Below are positions 25,939-35,529 of a stretch of 64,000 nt of DNA, piece after piece. A program made the translations under genes and the position numbers. The DNA is taken from positions 22,584 through 86,583 of the IMG/VR virus record IMGVR_UViG_2862784999_000001; one strand, written 5' to 3'. This DNA comes from a virus. Its lineage: Duplodnaviria > Caudoviricetes. Numbering within the stretch: position 1 is the stretch's first letter; each line of letters begins with the position of its first letter. The notes beneath the pieces are model-generated. The model had not been told where the DNA came from, searched no databases, and saw only the letters and a list, made by a program, of their open reading frames with translations.

Positions 25939-26211
25939 CTACGTCCACACGCCGTCGATGTAGGCGCGGGCCGCGGCGTCGACGTCGGCTGTCTGCCCGG
26001 CGGCGATGGCGAGGAGTGGCGCCTGGTCGTTGAGGTGCGGGTTCATGCCGATCATCCAGTTGCGGGCGGTCGCCTCCTCTTCCTGGTCGGCTATGTGCCG
26101 GAAGATGCGGTGTGCGGCTTCCCGCTGTTCGGCGTCGGTGAGACGGTCGGTGAGCGGTTCGCCGAGCCAGGCGGTCAGGTCGGTGGTGGTGCGGTCGGAT
26201 GTTCGGGTCAC
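25939..26211 (-). CDS. Xre/MbcA/ParS antitoxin C-terminal-like protein
   Basis: ARNWMIGMNPHLNDQAPLLAI...V..AARAY motif. Confidence 0.6.
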   Translation of the reverse strand: MTRTSDRTTTDLTAWLGEPLTDRLTDAEQREAAHRIFRHIADQEEEATARNWMIGMNPHLNDQAPLLAIAAGQTADVDAAARAYIDGVWT

Positions 26212-26262
26212 GCCTGCTCCTTCATGCTCGCCGGGCGAGCGTCGCTTCTGTGATCGACCGGG

Positions 26263-26424
26263 CTACAGCGCCGAGTCGAAGGTGATCGGTCGGACTGGCG
26301 GCCGGTCGGCGCGGACGGTGATCCGGCCTGCGGTGTCGCGGCTGGCCGGCTTGATGGCGGACAGGGGCGTGTGCGGGCGCCGGGCCGGTGGGGCGGAGCG
26401 GCGGGGGATGTCGGTGACGGTCAT
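26263..26424 (-). CDS. small basic hypothetical protein
   Basis: ATG at 26424, 53 aa. Confidence 0.4.
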   Translation of the reverse strand: MTVTDIPRRSAPPARRPHTPLSAIKPASRDTAGRITVRADRPPVRPITFDSAL

Positions 26425-26467
26425 GTCAGCAGTGTGCTCTCGGCTCCTTCTCATCGGGTCCTTTCGG

Positions 26468-26977
26468 TTAGAGCCCACGGCTGTGGGCGAGTTCGGCTGC
26501 GCGTTCGAGGTAGCGGGCGGGGAGTCGGGGGTCGCGCTGGTTGTCGTTCCAGCTGGGGATGGTGTTGGCGTGGGGGAAGTCGCGGCGGATCGCTTCGAGG
26601 AGCACCACGCAGGCGTCGTCGGCCTGGCCGCGACTGTCGGCTGCGGCCTGGATGGCGCCGATGAGGCAGCGGGCGCCCTGCTCGTTTCGCAGCCCTCCGG
26701 TGCACCAGCCGGCTGCGTCGAGGCGGAGCCGGGCGCGGTGGAGGGTGGCGGCGATCGGCGTGGGGTACGGGCAGGGCGCCGCAGTGGGGGTGAGCGGCAA
26801 TGGCGCGGTGATCTCGGGGATGGGGTCGGCGGCGGGGATGTGGGCGGTGTCGACTTCGAAGGTGAGGTTGGCGAGGGTGAGGCGTGCGTCCATGACGAGG
26901 CCCACCTCGACCAGCCGCGCGTCCAGGTCGAGTTCGACCGGGGCGGCGGCTCTCGCGGTCGTGGCGGGCGCGGTCAT
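26468..26977 (-). CDS. DUF6197-like protein
   Basis: L.RA...L...GWC.G......G.RCLIGAI...IPSWND. Confidence 0.7.
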   Translation of the reverse strand: MTAPATTARAAAPVELDLDARLVEVGLVMDARLTLANLTFEVDTAHIPAADPIPEITAPLPLTPTAAPCPYPTPIAATLHRARLRLDAAGWCTGGLRNEQGARCLIGAIQAAADSRGQADDACVVLLEAIRRDFPHANTIPSWNDNQRDPRLPARYLERAAELAHSRGL

Positions 26978-27768
26978 CAGGCGGCGACCTTGGCGGGTGC
27001 TCCGGTGCCCTTGCATTCGGGGCAGACGACGAGGAGTTGTTCGTTGCCGAATGCGGCATGGATCTTGCCGTGGCCGGAGCACTTCCAGCACTTCCCGGCG
27101 GCGATGGCCTTGCCGACGGGCATGAACTTGTTCTGCTTGATCCACTGCTCGTCGGTCATGCCGGAGTCGGTGACGACCTTCGACGGCATCGGCTCGGGCT
27201 GCGGGTCGGCGGCCTGCTTGGCTTCTTCGCTGGCCTGCGCGTACCAGGCGCCGCCGACGCTGCTGCCGCCGTGCTTCTGACGTTCGTGGGTGCGTAGGCC
27301 GGCGGTGGCGGCCTTGGCGTCGCGGTAGCGGGGCTTCTCCTTCTTGCCGCAGGGGCAGGCCCAGCCGAGCAGGCCGGTGCTCTTGTCGGGGCCGAACCGG
27401 CTGGCCTTGTAGACGGCCCACTTAGAGACTCGCTGCTTGGTGGGCTTGGCCGGGCAGCGCTTGGCGCCGGTGAAGGCGCCGCTCTTCTTGTCCTTGGTGT
27501 AGACCTGCCCGAGACCCTTACAGGTGGGGCAGCCTTCATGGGTCAGCTTGAGGATCGCGGCGTTCTTGCGGGAGAGGACGGTGTCGTCATGGTTCTCCAG
27601 CCTCTTCACCGCGAAGAGGACCATCCGGGATCCGATCTGGGCGTGGAGGGGGCCGGTACGGGGGACCTTGACGCGGCCGACGGACTTCTTCCGCGACGAG
27701 GTGCGGGCGGCGGGCTTGCGGCCCTTCGCGGCGGTGCGCCGGGCCGGCTGCTTGCGCTTCGGGGGCAT
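26977..27768 (-). CDS. basic protein with DnaJ-type zinc fingers
   Basis: CPTCKGLG, CWKCSGHG, CPECKGTG plus CPC...H...H; downstream of traB. Confidence 0.75.
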   Translation of the reverse strand: MPPKRKQPARRTAAKGRKPAARTSSRKKSVGRVKVPRTGPLHAQIGSRMVLFAVKRLENHDDTVLSRKNAAILKLTHEGCPTCKGLGQVYTKDKKSGAFTGAKRCPAKPTKQRVSKWAVYKASRFGPDKSTGLLGWACPCGKKEKPRYRDAKAATAGLRTHERQKHGGSSVGGAWYAQASEEAKQAADPQPEPMPSKVVTDSGMTDEQWIKQNKFMPVGKAIAAGKCWKCSGHGKIHAAFGNEQLLVVCPECKGTGAPAKVAA

Positions 27769-27793
27769 GATCGGAACTCCTCTTCAAGAACGT

Positions 27794-27950
27794 CATATAT
27801 ATGGATCAATAGGGTGGCAATGGGCCGTCTTTGGCCCGGCAAGGCCCCGTCTACGGCCCGGCTAGGCGATCAAGGGGATCCGCTGGTAGCCGGGCCATAG
27901 ACGGCCCGAAGACGGGGGTCAGGCGGCCCGAAGACGGGCTTTAGCCGGGT
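27794..27950. repeat. direct and inverted repeat cluster after traB (candidate clt)
   Basis: CCGTCTnnGGCCCGGC twice (27825-27862), inverted copy 27887-27904, CGGCCCGAAGACGGG twice (27902-27938), CATATATATG palindrome at 27794. Confidence 0.55.
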
Positions 27951-29997
27951 CAATGAGCCCCGCAGCGGCCTGCTCGACCGCTCCACGCGACCAACCTCGG
28001 ACCTGCTTGCCGTCCCACTCCTGGCGGGTCGATGCCACCGCTGGCGCATGCTTGCGCAGCACCTGCGCCAGACTCGTCGCATCCAGTTCGAAGCCGGCTT
28101 CGCCAAGCGCGGGCAGCAGTTCCTCGGTCGTCGGCAAGAAGGGCTTCTCCCCGAACGTCCGCAGCAGGAAGGCGACGGTGCGCGCGTCGTCCACGCCGCC
28201 CTGCGCGTCGAGGGCTTCGAGCCGGTCTGCGAGTGAGACCTCGCCCGCCTGGCCGTCTCGGCGGATGACGTGCAGGAGGTCCGCCGCGGCGAGGCTGGCG
28301 TGGTCGAACCAGGGCCGGCCTGCCTGCTCGCGCTCCCTGACGGCCTGCCGGATCTGGTCTCGCTCGAAGCGGTTCCAGCGCCACAGGACGGGCCGGTCGA
28401 AGCCGGGGCCTGCCATATAGAACTTGCCTGCGTCGTAGACGCGTTCGTCATCGACTGCGGGCCGCAGCCGGTCCGGGCGGTAGCCCATGGCGCTGGCTCC
28501 CTTTCCGAGGACGAGGGGAATGTCCTCGCTTCGGGAGGCGAGCATGACGCGGTAGGTGACCGCGCTGGCGATGGCGTCGCCGAGTGAGTCCTGGGTGGCT
28601 TCCTGCGCAGCGAAGATCAGGTAGACGCCGGTCTCCCGACCGATACGGATGATCTCGATGGCGAGGTCTTTGGCCTCCTGCGGCAGGAAGATGAACTCGT
28701 CGACGATGCCGAAGATCGCCGGGTCCTCGGGGGTGGGTTCCCACAGGTCACCCATCTCCTTGGCCGACTTGACCTGGTTGCGGCCGGACGCGATATCGCG
28801 CATCCACCGGAGCTTCTCTGTGCATTCCTTGCCTCCGCGGATGGGCGGCAGGGCCATGACCTCAGAGAACTCGCGGATGCCGTCCTTGACGGGGTCCATC
28901 TCGATGGCGATGGCGTCCCGGCATGCCGTGATTACTTCGGCGAGGCTTCGCAGTGCACCCTTGGTCTTCGCGGACCCGGACGAGCCGATGATCAGCATGA
29001 ACATTCCACGCAGGCGCAGCTCCAGCGATGAACCGTCCATGCAGCGGCCGTAGACCACGGCGTCCCGAACCGAGAGGCTGTTCGGCGCGTGGACCGCAGG
29101 GCGCGGCATGTCGGCGAACGGGTCCGTCTGCACGAGGCGCAGCGTGACGTGGGAGTTGTCGTCGAGGTCCGGCTCGATGAGCGTTCCGCCAGTCCCGATC
29201 CCGAAGTGGGAGTCCAGTTGGTCGGCGACCGCGTTGACCTTGCCGGGGGTGGCTCCCTTGAGGACGACGTCGATCTCCCAGCCCCAGCCGCGGTATCCGA
29301 GGACGCGCACGCTGCGCGTTCCGATGCCCTCCCAGGCAAACGCACGCGAGATGCACTCCTCGACCTGGCCCGGGGACTGGCAGACGGCGAGAGGATAGGG
29401 CTCGTCGGAGTCCGGGTTGTCCTGCTCGGCGATCATCATCTGGGGTGCGATGTCGGGACGCTGGTCGCGGTAACGGCCGTACAGGGTGATGCCGACGCCC
29501 GCCGCGAGACCGGTCACGGTCGGAGGGATCGCGGTGGACAGGCCAACCGCGTCGAGACTGGTGCCCTCAGCGAGCGCGATCCAGCCGGCCAGGTTCAGCC
29601 CGGCGGTGACGCCTCCCGTCCAGCCGAGGAACCGCCACCGGGAGTGCCGCTCCTGCTTGACCTTGTTCCAGTCGGACGACTTCGCCATGCCACCGATGAC
29701 CTCTTGGAGATCGTGGGCGCGGACGTAGCGCCAGCCGAGGAACGAGACGGCCTTCATCCCGATGCTGAAGTAGCGGACGGACAGCCCGGTGAAGCGCGCG
29801 GTCCGGGAAAGGGCGACCATGCTGGCCCCGCCCGCCTTCGCGAGGACGGGCACGCGCGGCTCGTAGGTGGCGACGATGCCGGGCGCGATGTCGTCGACGT
29901 CCTCACCGGAAAGGTCGTCGGGGACTTCGAGCTCGCCCGGGATCACCTTAGACAGGTCCCAGCCGGCGGGGAAGTCGGGGTGCTGATCGAGGCTCAT
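27919..29997 (-). CDS. traB: TraB-like FtsK/SpoIIIE conjugal DNA translocase
   Basis: 692 aa; N-terminal TM segments, GSSGSAKT Walker A, IFGIVDE Walker B, GRETGVYLIFAAQ, C-terminal winged-helix-like region; Streptomyces plasmid TraB architecture. Confidence 0.8.
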   Translation of the reverse strand: MSLDQHPDFPAGWDLSKVIPGELEVPDDLSGEDVDDIAPGIVATYEPRVPVLAKAGGASMVALSRTARFTGLSVRYFSIGMKAVSFLGWRYVRAHDLQEVIGGMAKSSDWNKVKQERHSRWRFLGWTGGVTAGLNLAGWIALAEGTSLDAVGLSTAIPPTVTGLAAGVGITLYGRYRDQRPDIAPQMMIAEQDNPDSDEPYPLAVCQSPGQVEECISRAFAWEGIGTRSVRVLGYRGWGWEIDVVLKGATPGKVNAVADQLDSHFGIGTGGTLIEPDLDDNSHVTLRLVQTDPFADMPRPAVHAPNSLSVRDAVVYGRCMDGSSLELRLRGMFMLIIGSSGSAKTKGALRSLAEVITACRDAIAIEMDPVKDGIREFSEVMALPPIRGGKECTEKLRWMRDIASGRNQVKSAKEMGDLWEPTPEDPAIFGIVDEFIFLPQEAKDLAIEIIRIGRETGVYLIFAAQEATQDSLGDAIASAVTYRVMLASRSEDIPLVLGKGASAMGYRPDRLRPAVDDERVYDAGKFYMAGPGFDRPVLWRWNRFERDQIRQAVREREQAGRPWFDHASLAAADLLHVIRRDGQAGEVSLADRLEALDAQGGVDDARTVAFLLRTFGEKPFLPTTEELLPALGEAGFELDATSLAQVLRKHAPAVASTRQEWDGKQVRGWSRGAVEQAAAGLIDPAKARLRAA

Positions 29998-31325
29998 GAC
30001 GCGTCCTTCTGGCGGGCGTTACGGGTGCGGAGCAGATCGGCGTGCGCGCGTCCCGCGGCACGGTTGTATCGGGGCGTGTCGCCCTTCGTCCGTCGGGGCG
30101 GATTCGGCTTGTAGCCAGAGCGGGGTGTTTGGATCGCACGCTGCGCGTTCGTGGTCTTGCTGAGGGTGCTGACGGGGGTGCCGGTGAGGGCGGCTTCGAC
30201 GCGCTTTTCGGCGGCGCGGCGGGAGCTGATGGACGTGATGGACTCGCCCGGGTCGGTGCCCTCGATGTTGCGGTAGGCGCGCGGCCACACGGCCGAGTCG
30301 TCCGGCTCCTTGCCGAGCGCGGCGCCGATCTTCACGGCCTCCTTCCAGACCTCCGGAAACTCCCGCTGCCGGGTCTCTCGAAGTTCCGTGCGTGCCTTCT
30401 CGGCAGCCTCCCTTGCGACCTTCGCGTCGGCGGCGCGCTGCTTAGCTTCGGCGGCCAGACGCGCGGCCTCGGCGCGCTCGGTCTTGCGCTTCGCTCGCCG
30501 CTCGCGGCGGGTGAGTGCTCCGTCGCGCTTCCGGATGCGGCCGTGCTCGTGGAGATCCCACACACCGGGGCCGGCGACCGAGGCGAAGGCAGTCGCGATG
30601 GCCGTGGCGGGGTCGAAGGCGTTAAGGCCGTGCCACAGGTTGATCGCGGCGGCGATGAACGCGAGGAGCCAGGCGATGAGGCGGTAGTGCCAGTGCGGCC
30701 GGCGGGCGGCTACCGCGGCGGCGGCACCCTTGAGGACGACCCAGGCTCCGCCTTCGAGCATGAGCGGTGCGGCCATCAGCCAGAGGGCGTTGGGGTCGTA
30801 GAACGCGGCGACCTGTACGGGGAGGGCGACGATCGCGCAGACGATGTAGAAGCCGCGGGCGTAGTCGCTCCACTTGTCCTCGGCCTTGGCCTGCTCAGCC
30901 TCGCCAGCCTCGGCCGCGTGCTTCTTCTTCTCGGCGGTCTGCGCCGCTTCCTCGCGAGCCCGGTCGGCGTCCTCCCGTCGCCGGTTGTGTTCGGCGATCC
31001 GCGCTTCGGAGGCGGCCTGTTCTTCGGCTTCCTTCCGCTCGTTGCGGTTGTTGGCGAGGGCGAGCTTCCGTGCTTCCTCGGCGGCCTTGGTGCGGATCGC
31101 TTCGGCTTCGGCTTCGGCGAGAATGCGCGCCTTCTCGACCTCGGCTTCGCTGCGGGCCCGGATCGCTGCGGCCTCGGCGGCAGCAACCAGGTCGACGGCC
31201 GGCTCGGCGGTCTCGACCGGCTGGGGGCTGCTCTGTTCCTTGTCGGGCTGGGTGATGCGCCAGTCCGCGAACTGCACGGCGCGCGGCCTGGTGCTTCCGT
31301 TGGCGATAGACGGGCTGGCGGTCAT
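29994..31325 (-). CDS. Spd/DUF2637-like membrane spread protein
   Basis: Coiled coil, four TM segments (APLMLEGGAWV, AAINLWHG), coiled coil; coupled to traB. Confidence 0.7.
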   Translation of the reverse strand: MTASPSIANGSTRPRAVQFADWRITQPDKEQSSPQPVETAEPAVDLVAAAEAAAIRARSEAEVEKARILAEAEAEAIRTKAAEEARKLALANNRNERKEAEEQAASEARIAEHNRRREDADRAREEAAQTAEKKKHAAEAGEAEQAKAEDKWSDYARGFYIVCAIVALPVQVAAFYDPNALWLMAAPLMLEGGAWVVLKGAAAAVAARRPHWHYRLIAWLLAFIAAAINLWHGLNAFDPATAIATAFASVAGPGVWDLHEHGRIRKRDGALTRRERRAKRKTERAEAARLAAEAKQRAADAKVAREAAEKARTELRETRQREFPEVWKEAVKIGAALGKEPDDSAVWPRAYRNIEGTDPGESITSISSRRAAEKRVEAALTGTPVSTLSKTTNAQRAIQTPRSGYKPNPPRRTKGDTPRYNRAAGRAHADLLRTRNARQKDAS

Positions 31326-31346
31326 GAGACTCGGTGTCCTTTCAGG

Positions 31347-31556
31347 TCAGCCGCGAGTGCGGCGGTCGACGAGGGCGGCGGTGATGCCGAAGACGGCGAA
31401 CAGAACGACGAAACTGCCTGTCGTCACCAGCGGCTTCGGGAGTCCGGCGAGACTGAGGACGACGGTCGTCGCCATGGAGGCGATCACGGACGGGATGAAG
31501 ATCGCGGACATCTGGGGGAGCGGATAGCGGCGCTTGAAGAAGGCGATGATCCGCAT
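31347..31556 (-). CDS. small membrane protein
   Basis: Two TM segments. Confidence 0.6.
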   Translation of the reverse strand: MRIIAFFKRRYPLPQMSAIFIPSVIASMATTVVLSLAGLPKPLVTTGSFVVLFAVFGITAALVDRRTRG

Positions 31557-31557
31557 G

Positions 31558-31761
31558 TCACTCCCCCGTCCTGCGTCGGCTGCGGGTGGAGCGCCAGCCG
31601 AACGGGCCGGGCAGGTCCATCGACGTGGTGCGACGGCCGGTGGACGAGATCGTGTGGCGCGGGCCGGATCCGCCGCCCAACGTGACCGACCAGGAACGCC
31701 GGTTGATGTTGAGCCGGACACCGGGGAAGATCCGGAAGCTCTGGCGGAACGTGATCGGCAT
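31558..31761 (-). CDS. DUF4236-like protein
   Basis: FRQSFRIFPGVRLNIN..S.S.T.G. Confidence 0.75.
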   Translation of the reverse strand: MPITFRQSFRIFPGVRLNINRRSWSVTLGGGSGPRHTISSTGRRTTSMDLPGPFGWRSTRSRRRTGE

Positions 31762-32072
31762 CAGACGCCCGCCGATCCGTGGCTGGTGTGGTCGGTGGCC
31801 ATGCCTTCCAGAACGGCAAGCCGCGCTTGGGTGTGGTTGCGGGTCGCCCGGATCTCGACCGCGCAGCCCTCGACGGAACACCGGTACACCTGCGTCGTGA
31901 CGCCCTTCATGACCGCCATCAGCAGCCAGATGCCAGACGACAACATCGACAGGGCCACGGTGACCAGAGTCAGCGCCCCGACATCATGTACCGCCAGGTT
32001 CGCTACGGTGACGCCGGTGGTCACGCTGATCACCGCGCCGCCCGCCACCTCGGCGGGGTTCAGCTTCTTCAT
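31761..32072 (-). CDS. small membrane protein with C..C/H..H tail
   Basis: Two TM segments, then YRCSVEGC...H..H. Confidence 0.65.
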   Translation of the reverse strand: MKKLNPAEVAGGAVISVTTGVTVANLAVHDVGALTLVTVALSMLSSGIWLLMAVMKGVTTQVYRCSVEGCAVEIRATRNHTQARLAVLEGMATDHTSHGSAGV

Positions 32073-32083
32073 GGGGACCTCTC

Positions 32084-32380
32084 TCAGATGGGCGCGCTGG
32101 TGCGCGCCTTGTGGAATTCGCGAATGAACTCGTCGGTCAGGCCGGAGCCGATCGCGGCTCCGACCGGGCCGATGCCGGTCACGGAGGCGGCCCACAACTC
32201 CAGCCAAGCCGCCCGGAACGCGATGTAGTTGAGGACGGGGCGGGCGGCACGCAGCGGGAACACGACCGCCCCCAGCCCGACCATCACGAGGAGGGCCAGG
32301 AGCCGCACCGTCCACCGGCCCACGAACCGGGCCGCCAGCGTGAGCCGGCCGGGCTTCGCGGTGATCAGATAGGCGTGCAC
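32084..32380 (-). CDS. membrane protein
   Basis: AGGAG RBS; hydrophobic segment. Confidence 0.6.
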   Translation of the reverse strand: MHAYLITAKPGRLTLAARFVGRWTVRLLALLVMVGLGAVVFPLRAARPVLNYIAFRAAWLELWAASVTGIGPVGAAIGSGLTDEFIREFHKARTSAPI

Positions 32381-32399
32381 GGGAAGCTCCTCTCGGCGA

Positions 32400-32996
32400 T
32401 CAGCGGGTGGCGGGGGTTCGGACGGCCGCGTCGAGGGCGTCCCACACGCGTGTGCCGGGTCCGAGGTCGGGGTCGATGACCGTCACCTGCCAGGCGTCGG
32501 CGATCTCCTTCATGGCGTCCCGGCTCACCCCGGCCCAGATCTGGCGGAGGATCCGGGGCGGCAGGTAGGCGCCGAACTCGGTGTACGGCTCGCCGTCCCG
32601 CGTCGTCGCCGTGTAGCCCTGGCCCTGCGGAAGCAGCCACGGATGGGCGATCAGCACGATCACGCCGGCCGCCTCACCCGCCTTGCGGATCCGGGACATG
32701 AGCAGCTCGTCGGCGACCAGACCGGACACGGCCGCCCGCTGCTGCCAGCGCAGACCGTCGAAGCCGACACCGTCGAACCCAGGCTGGGACTGGTCGGTGA
32801 GGAACCCGGCCCGGTTCAGGCGGGCCAGCGTCGGAGCGATCTCGACGGTCTCCTCGGCGGCACCATCCCGGTAGCCGGGCCACATCGACAGCTCGCCGTC
32901 CACCCAGCGGGCCATCAAGTCGGCCAGCTCGGGCAAGGTGCGGGCCCGGCGCCACAGCTTCATGTCGGCTTGGCGCTTACGCCAGTTGGTGAACAT
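32400..32996 (-). CDS. DUF6919-like protein
   Basis: LNRAGFLTDQSQPG...QRAAVSG motif. Confidence 0.7.
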   Translation of the reverse strand: MFTNWRKRQADMKLWRRARTLPELADLMARWVDGELSMWPGYRDGAAEETVEIAPTLARLNRAGFLTDQSQPGFDGVGFDGLRWQQRAAVSGLVADELLMSRIRKAGEAAGVIVLIAHPWLLPQGQGYTATTRDGEPYTEFGAYLPPRILRQIWAGVSRDAMKEIADAWQVTVIDPDLGPGTRVWDALDAAVRTPATR

Positions 32997-33274
32997 CAGG
33001 CGGCCTCGGTCCAGGCGGTGAGCGCGTTCAGCTGGTCGACGAGCCGGGGTCCGAACGGCTGCGCAGCGTCGATCTCCTCGGCCCGGTCGAAGATCGCGGC
33101 CAGGGTCGGGGAGTCGTTCGACCGGTCCGCGGCGATCGCACGAAGCAGGAGCTCGGCGCCCTCGTCGCCGCGGACGGCCTCCCAGGAGTCATCGACCTGG
33201 GTGGCGCGGAGGCCAGCGGAGATCTCCCGGACAGTCGAGGAGACGGTGCGGAGGTCGGCATCGAAAACGAACAT
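32996..33274 (-). CDS. hypothetical protein
   Basis: 92 aa, coupled. Confidence 0.65.
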   Translation of the reverse strand: MFVFDADLRTVSSTVREISAGLRATQVDDSWEAVRGDEGAELLLRAIAADRSNDSPTLAAIFDRAEEIDAAQPFGPRLVDQLNALTAWTEAA

Positions 33275-33629
33275 GGGGGATCACAGACCCTTTCAAGGTC
33301 ACAGGAACAGTCGGGGTAGAGCTGAGGTGGAGAGCCGCGCCGGCGGGTGCCGGGGGGGGAAGGATTTCTCCGCCAGCGCGGCCGTTCAGGGGCCCTACTT
33401 GGGCAAGGGGGTCTCGCTTCGCCGGTTGGCTTCGGCGACCTTCTTCGACATCGCGGCGCGCTCGTCGGCGGTCACCGTCGGCCTGCCACGACGAGGAATC
33501 GGTCCGACTCCAGGTCCATGACGACCTCGACAGGCTGACCAGCCTTGCGGAGCTCGGCCGCCTTCTGCTCGGCCGGCCACGAGCCGCGTGGGCCACCGGC
33601 GGGGAAGCTGTCCAGGATCTCGGCGCCCA

Positions 33630-34031
33630 TCACGCACCCGCCTTCACGGGCCCGTAGGCGGCTGCGAGTTCGGCCGCCTGAGTGATGAGGTCGAGGACGT
33701 CGGCCAGATCCCGGCCGGGCTTCTCCGCCCAGGCGTCGATCTGCGCGAACGGCGCCTTCAAGTGGACCTGGAGGATCTGCTCCATCAGGTCCCGGCCGAC
33801 AACCTGCGTATCCTCGTCGCCGACACCGTTAGCGCGGGCTGCCCGCATAGCTGCGGACAGGTCACGCTCGAAGGTGGGCTCCCAACCGGTCAGCTTCAAA
33901 AGATCGGCAGTCGCCGTCAGGTGTGCGGAGATACTGGCGCCGCTCGGGCGTTCACCGGACACACCGATCCACGTCGCAACCGGGATCCGGAACGACACAG
34001 CCTGCGCGGCGAAAGCGAAGTCAGCCATCAC
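33630..34031 (-). CDS. DUF6197-like protein
   Basis: HLTATADLL...GW...IDAWAEKPGR...DVLDL. Confidence 0.6.
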   Translation of the reverse strand: MMADFAFAAQAVSFRIPVATWIGVSGERPSGASISAHLTATADLLKLTGWEPTFERDLSAAMRAARANGVGDEDTQVVGRDLMEQILQVHLKAPFAQIDAWAEKPGRDLADVLDLITQAAELAAAYGPVKAGA

Positions 34032-34261
34032 GCACCCACCTTCGGCCGGACGTAGGAGGCCAGGTCGTGCGCCAGGCGGTCCGCGGGAGACATCGCCGCG
34101 GTGGGCCTGTCGAGGGCGACGGCCTCGGCGAGGCTGACCGCGACGACCTCCGTGCCGTTGATGACCGCGGTGTCGCCGACGCCCATGCCGGACACGACCC
34201 GCTCGATACGGCGGTGCTCGGCGATGACGGGGCTGGTGTCGACCTCGATCGCGGCGCCCAT
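34028..34261 (-). CDS. hypothetical protein
   Basis: 77 aa, coupled. Confidence 0.55.
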   Translation of the reverse strand: MGAAIEVDTSPVIAEHRRIERVVSGMGVGDTAVINGTEVVAVSLAEAVALDRPTAAMSPADRLAHDLASYVRPKVGA

Positions 34262-34899
34262 CAGACGGCCTTCACGAGGAACAGCACCCCGGCGTCGGCG
34301 AGGATGCCCGCGTTCTCGGCGAGGTTCTGCTGCGCGTTGCTGATCGCGTAGAACTCCGCAGCCGACAGGCTTGCGGCGGGCTTTGCACTCAGCTCGTCGT
34401 AGCGGGCGGCGTTCGTCTTGTAGCGGGCGACGGCCTTCCGCACGGCCTCCGGGGCGGCGGCGCCGGCCATGGCTGCGCGGACAACGGGCAGGTCCGTGGG
34501 GTAGACCGCCGACTCCTCTTCCAGGTCGGTGGTGACCTGGACGGGGCCGACGCCCTGCACGTTCACGGTGAGGATGAGCTCGATGGCCATCCACGTGGAC
34601 GAGCCGTCGGAGGTGCTGCGCTCGACGTGGCGGGCGGTGACGGTGCCGCCGACCCGCTCGAAGATGGCGTTCAGCTCGACCTGCGACCAGACGATGTGGC
34701 GGGTCGCGGTCTCGCCGAGGTCTTCGCGCGGCTGGTAGCTGCCGCGGAAGCCGAGCGCCTTGCCGACCTTGGCGGCCAGCTCGCGCTGCGGGGCGGCCAG
34801 GGCGTGCTCGATGCGGTGCATCGCCTGCACCGCCGCCGGGGGAAGCGGGGAGGTGGGGCGCTGGGCGCCCGCACGGTTCTGTACGATCTGCGTAGCCAC
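34261..34899 (-). CDS. hypothetical protein, first gene of the transfer operon
   Basis: GAGGAG RBS, GTG start, 212 aa. Confidence 0.7.
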   Translation of the reverse strand: MATQIVQNRAGAQRPTSPLPPAAVQAMHRIEHALAAPQRELAAKVGKALGFRGSYQPREDLGETATRHIVWSQVELNAIFERVGGTVTARHVERSTSDGSSTWMAIELILTVNVQGVGPVQVTTDLEEESAVYPTDLPVVRAAMAGAAAPEAVRKAVARYKTNAARYDELSAKPAASLSAAEFYAISNAQQNLAENAGILADAGVLFLVKAV

Positions 34900-35033
34900 A
34901 GGGTCTCCTCGTTAGAGCCTGGTGGTGAGGCCCTGGCCAGGGAGTGGAGTCCCTGAGCTGGGGCCGTTTTCGTTTGTGGGGCGCAGTCGGTGGAGCGACT
35001 GCTGACGCTTTGGGCGGTGGAGCGCCCTCGGCT

Positions 35034-35112
35034 TCAACACCATACTGAAGATGTTCTGAGGCTGTGTCAACACTCTATTGAGAACTGGCGCGTTGACTTC
35101 TACTCTGGCCTC
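35034..35112. promoter_or_regulatory. divergent promoters with operator repeats
   Basis: Minus strand TTGACA-N17-CAGTAT (35070-35042); plus strand TTGAGA-N17-TACTCT (35078-35106) 6 nt before ATG (leaderless); TCAACAC repeated at 35034 and 35067. Confidence 0.7.
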
Positions 35113-35457
35113 ATGACAGATGCGTTCACGGAGTCCCTGGAGGCGAAAGTCGCCGAAGTAGCAGCCATAGACGACCTGCTTGCGCGAGGCCTTGCCGCGC
35201 TCGAAGCCCGCCAGAAACTGGCGTCGAGCGACCAGGACCTCTACGCGATCCAGCAAGCGGCCGTGCAAGGGCTGCGCCCAGGACGCACGTGGGCGGAAGT
35301 CGGAGAACTCTTCGGGCGCAGCTACGCCTGGGCGGAAGCCATCGCCAAGGGGCGGAGTTCGAAGCGGAGCAAGACTGACCATGCCGTCGAGTCAACGCCC
35401 CCCGCGGGCGCGGCAGAAGGACAGCCGACGGACACCGGCACGCCAGATCAGCCGTAG
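35113..35457 (+). CDS. HTH repressor, likely controlling the transfer operon
   Basis: GRTWAEVGELFGRSYAWAEAIA HTH; divergent from the tra operon. Confidence 0.7.
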   Translation: MTDAFTESLEAKVAEVAAIDDLLARGLAALEARQKLASSDQDLYAIQQAAVQGLRPGRTWAEVGELFGRSYAWAEAIAKGRSSKRSKTDHAVESTPPAGAAEGQPTDTGTPDQP

Positions 35458-35529
35458 GTAGACACGGGGGCGACACCGCCTAGCCGTCGCCCCGCCAGAC
35501 CCGAGCGCCACGAGCACGGGAGCCAGATA

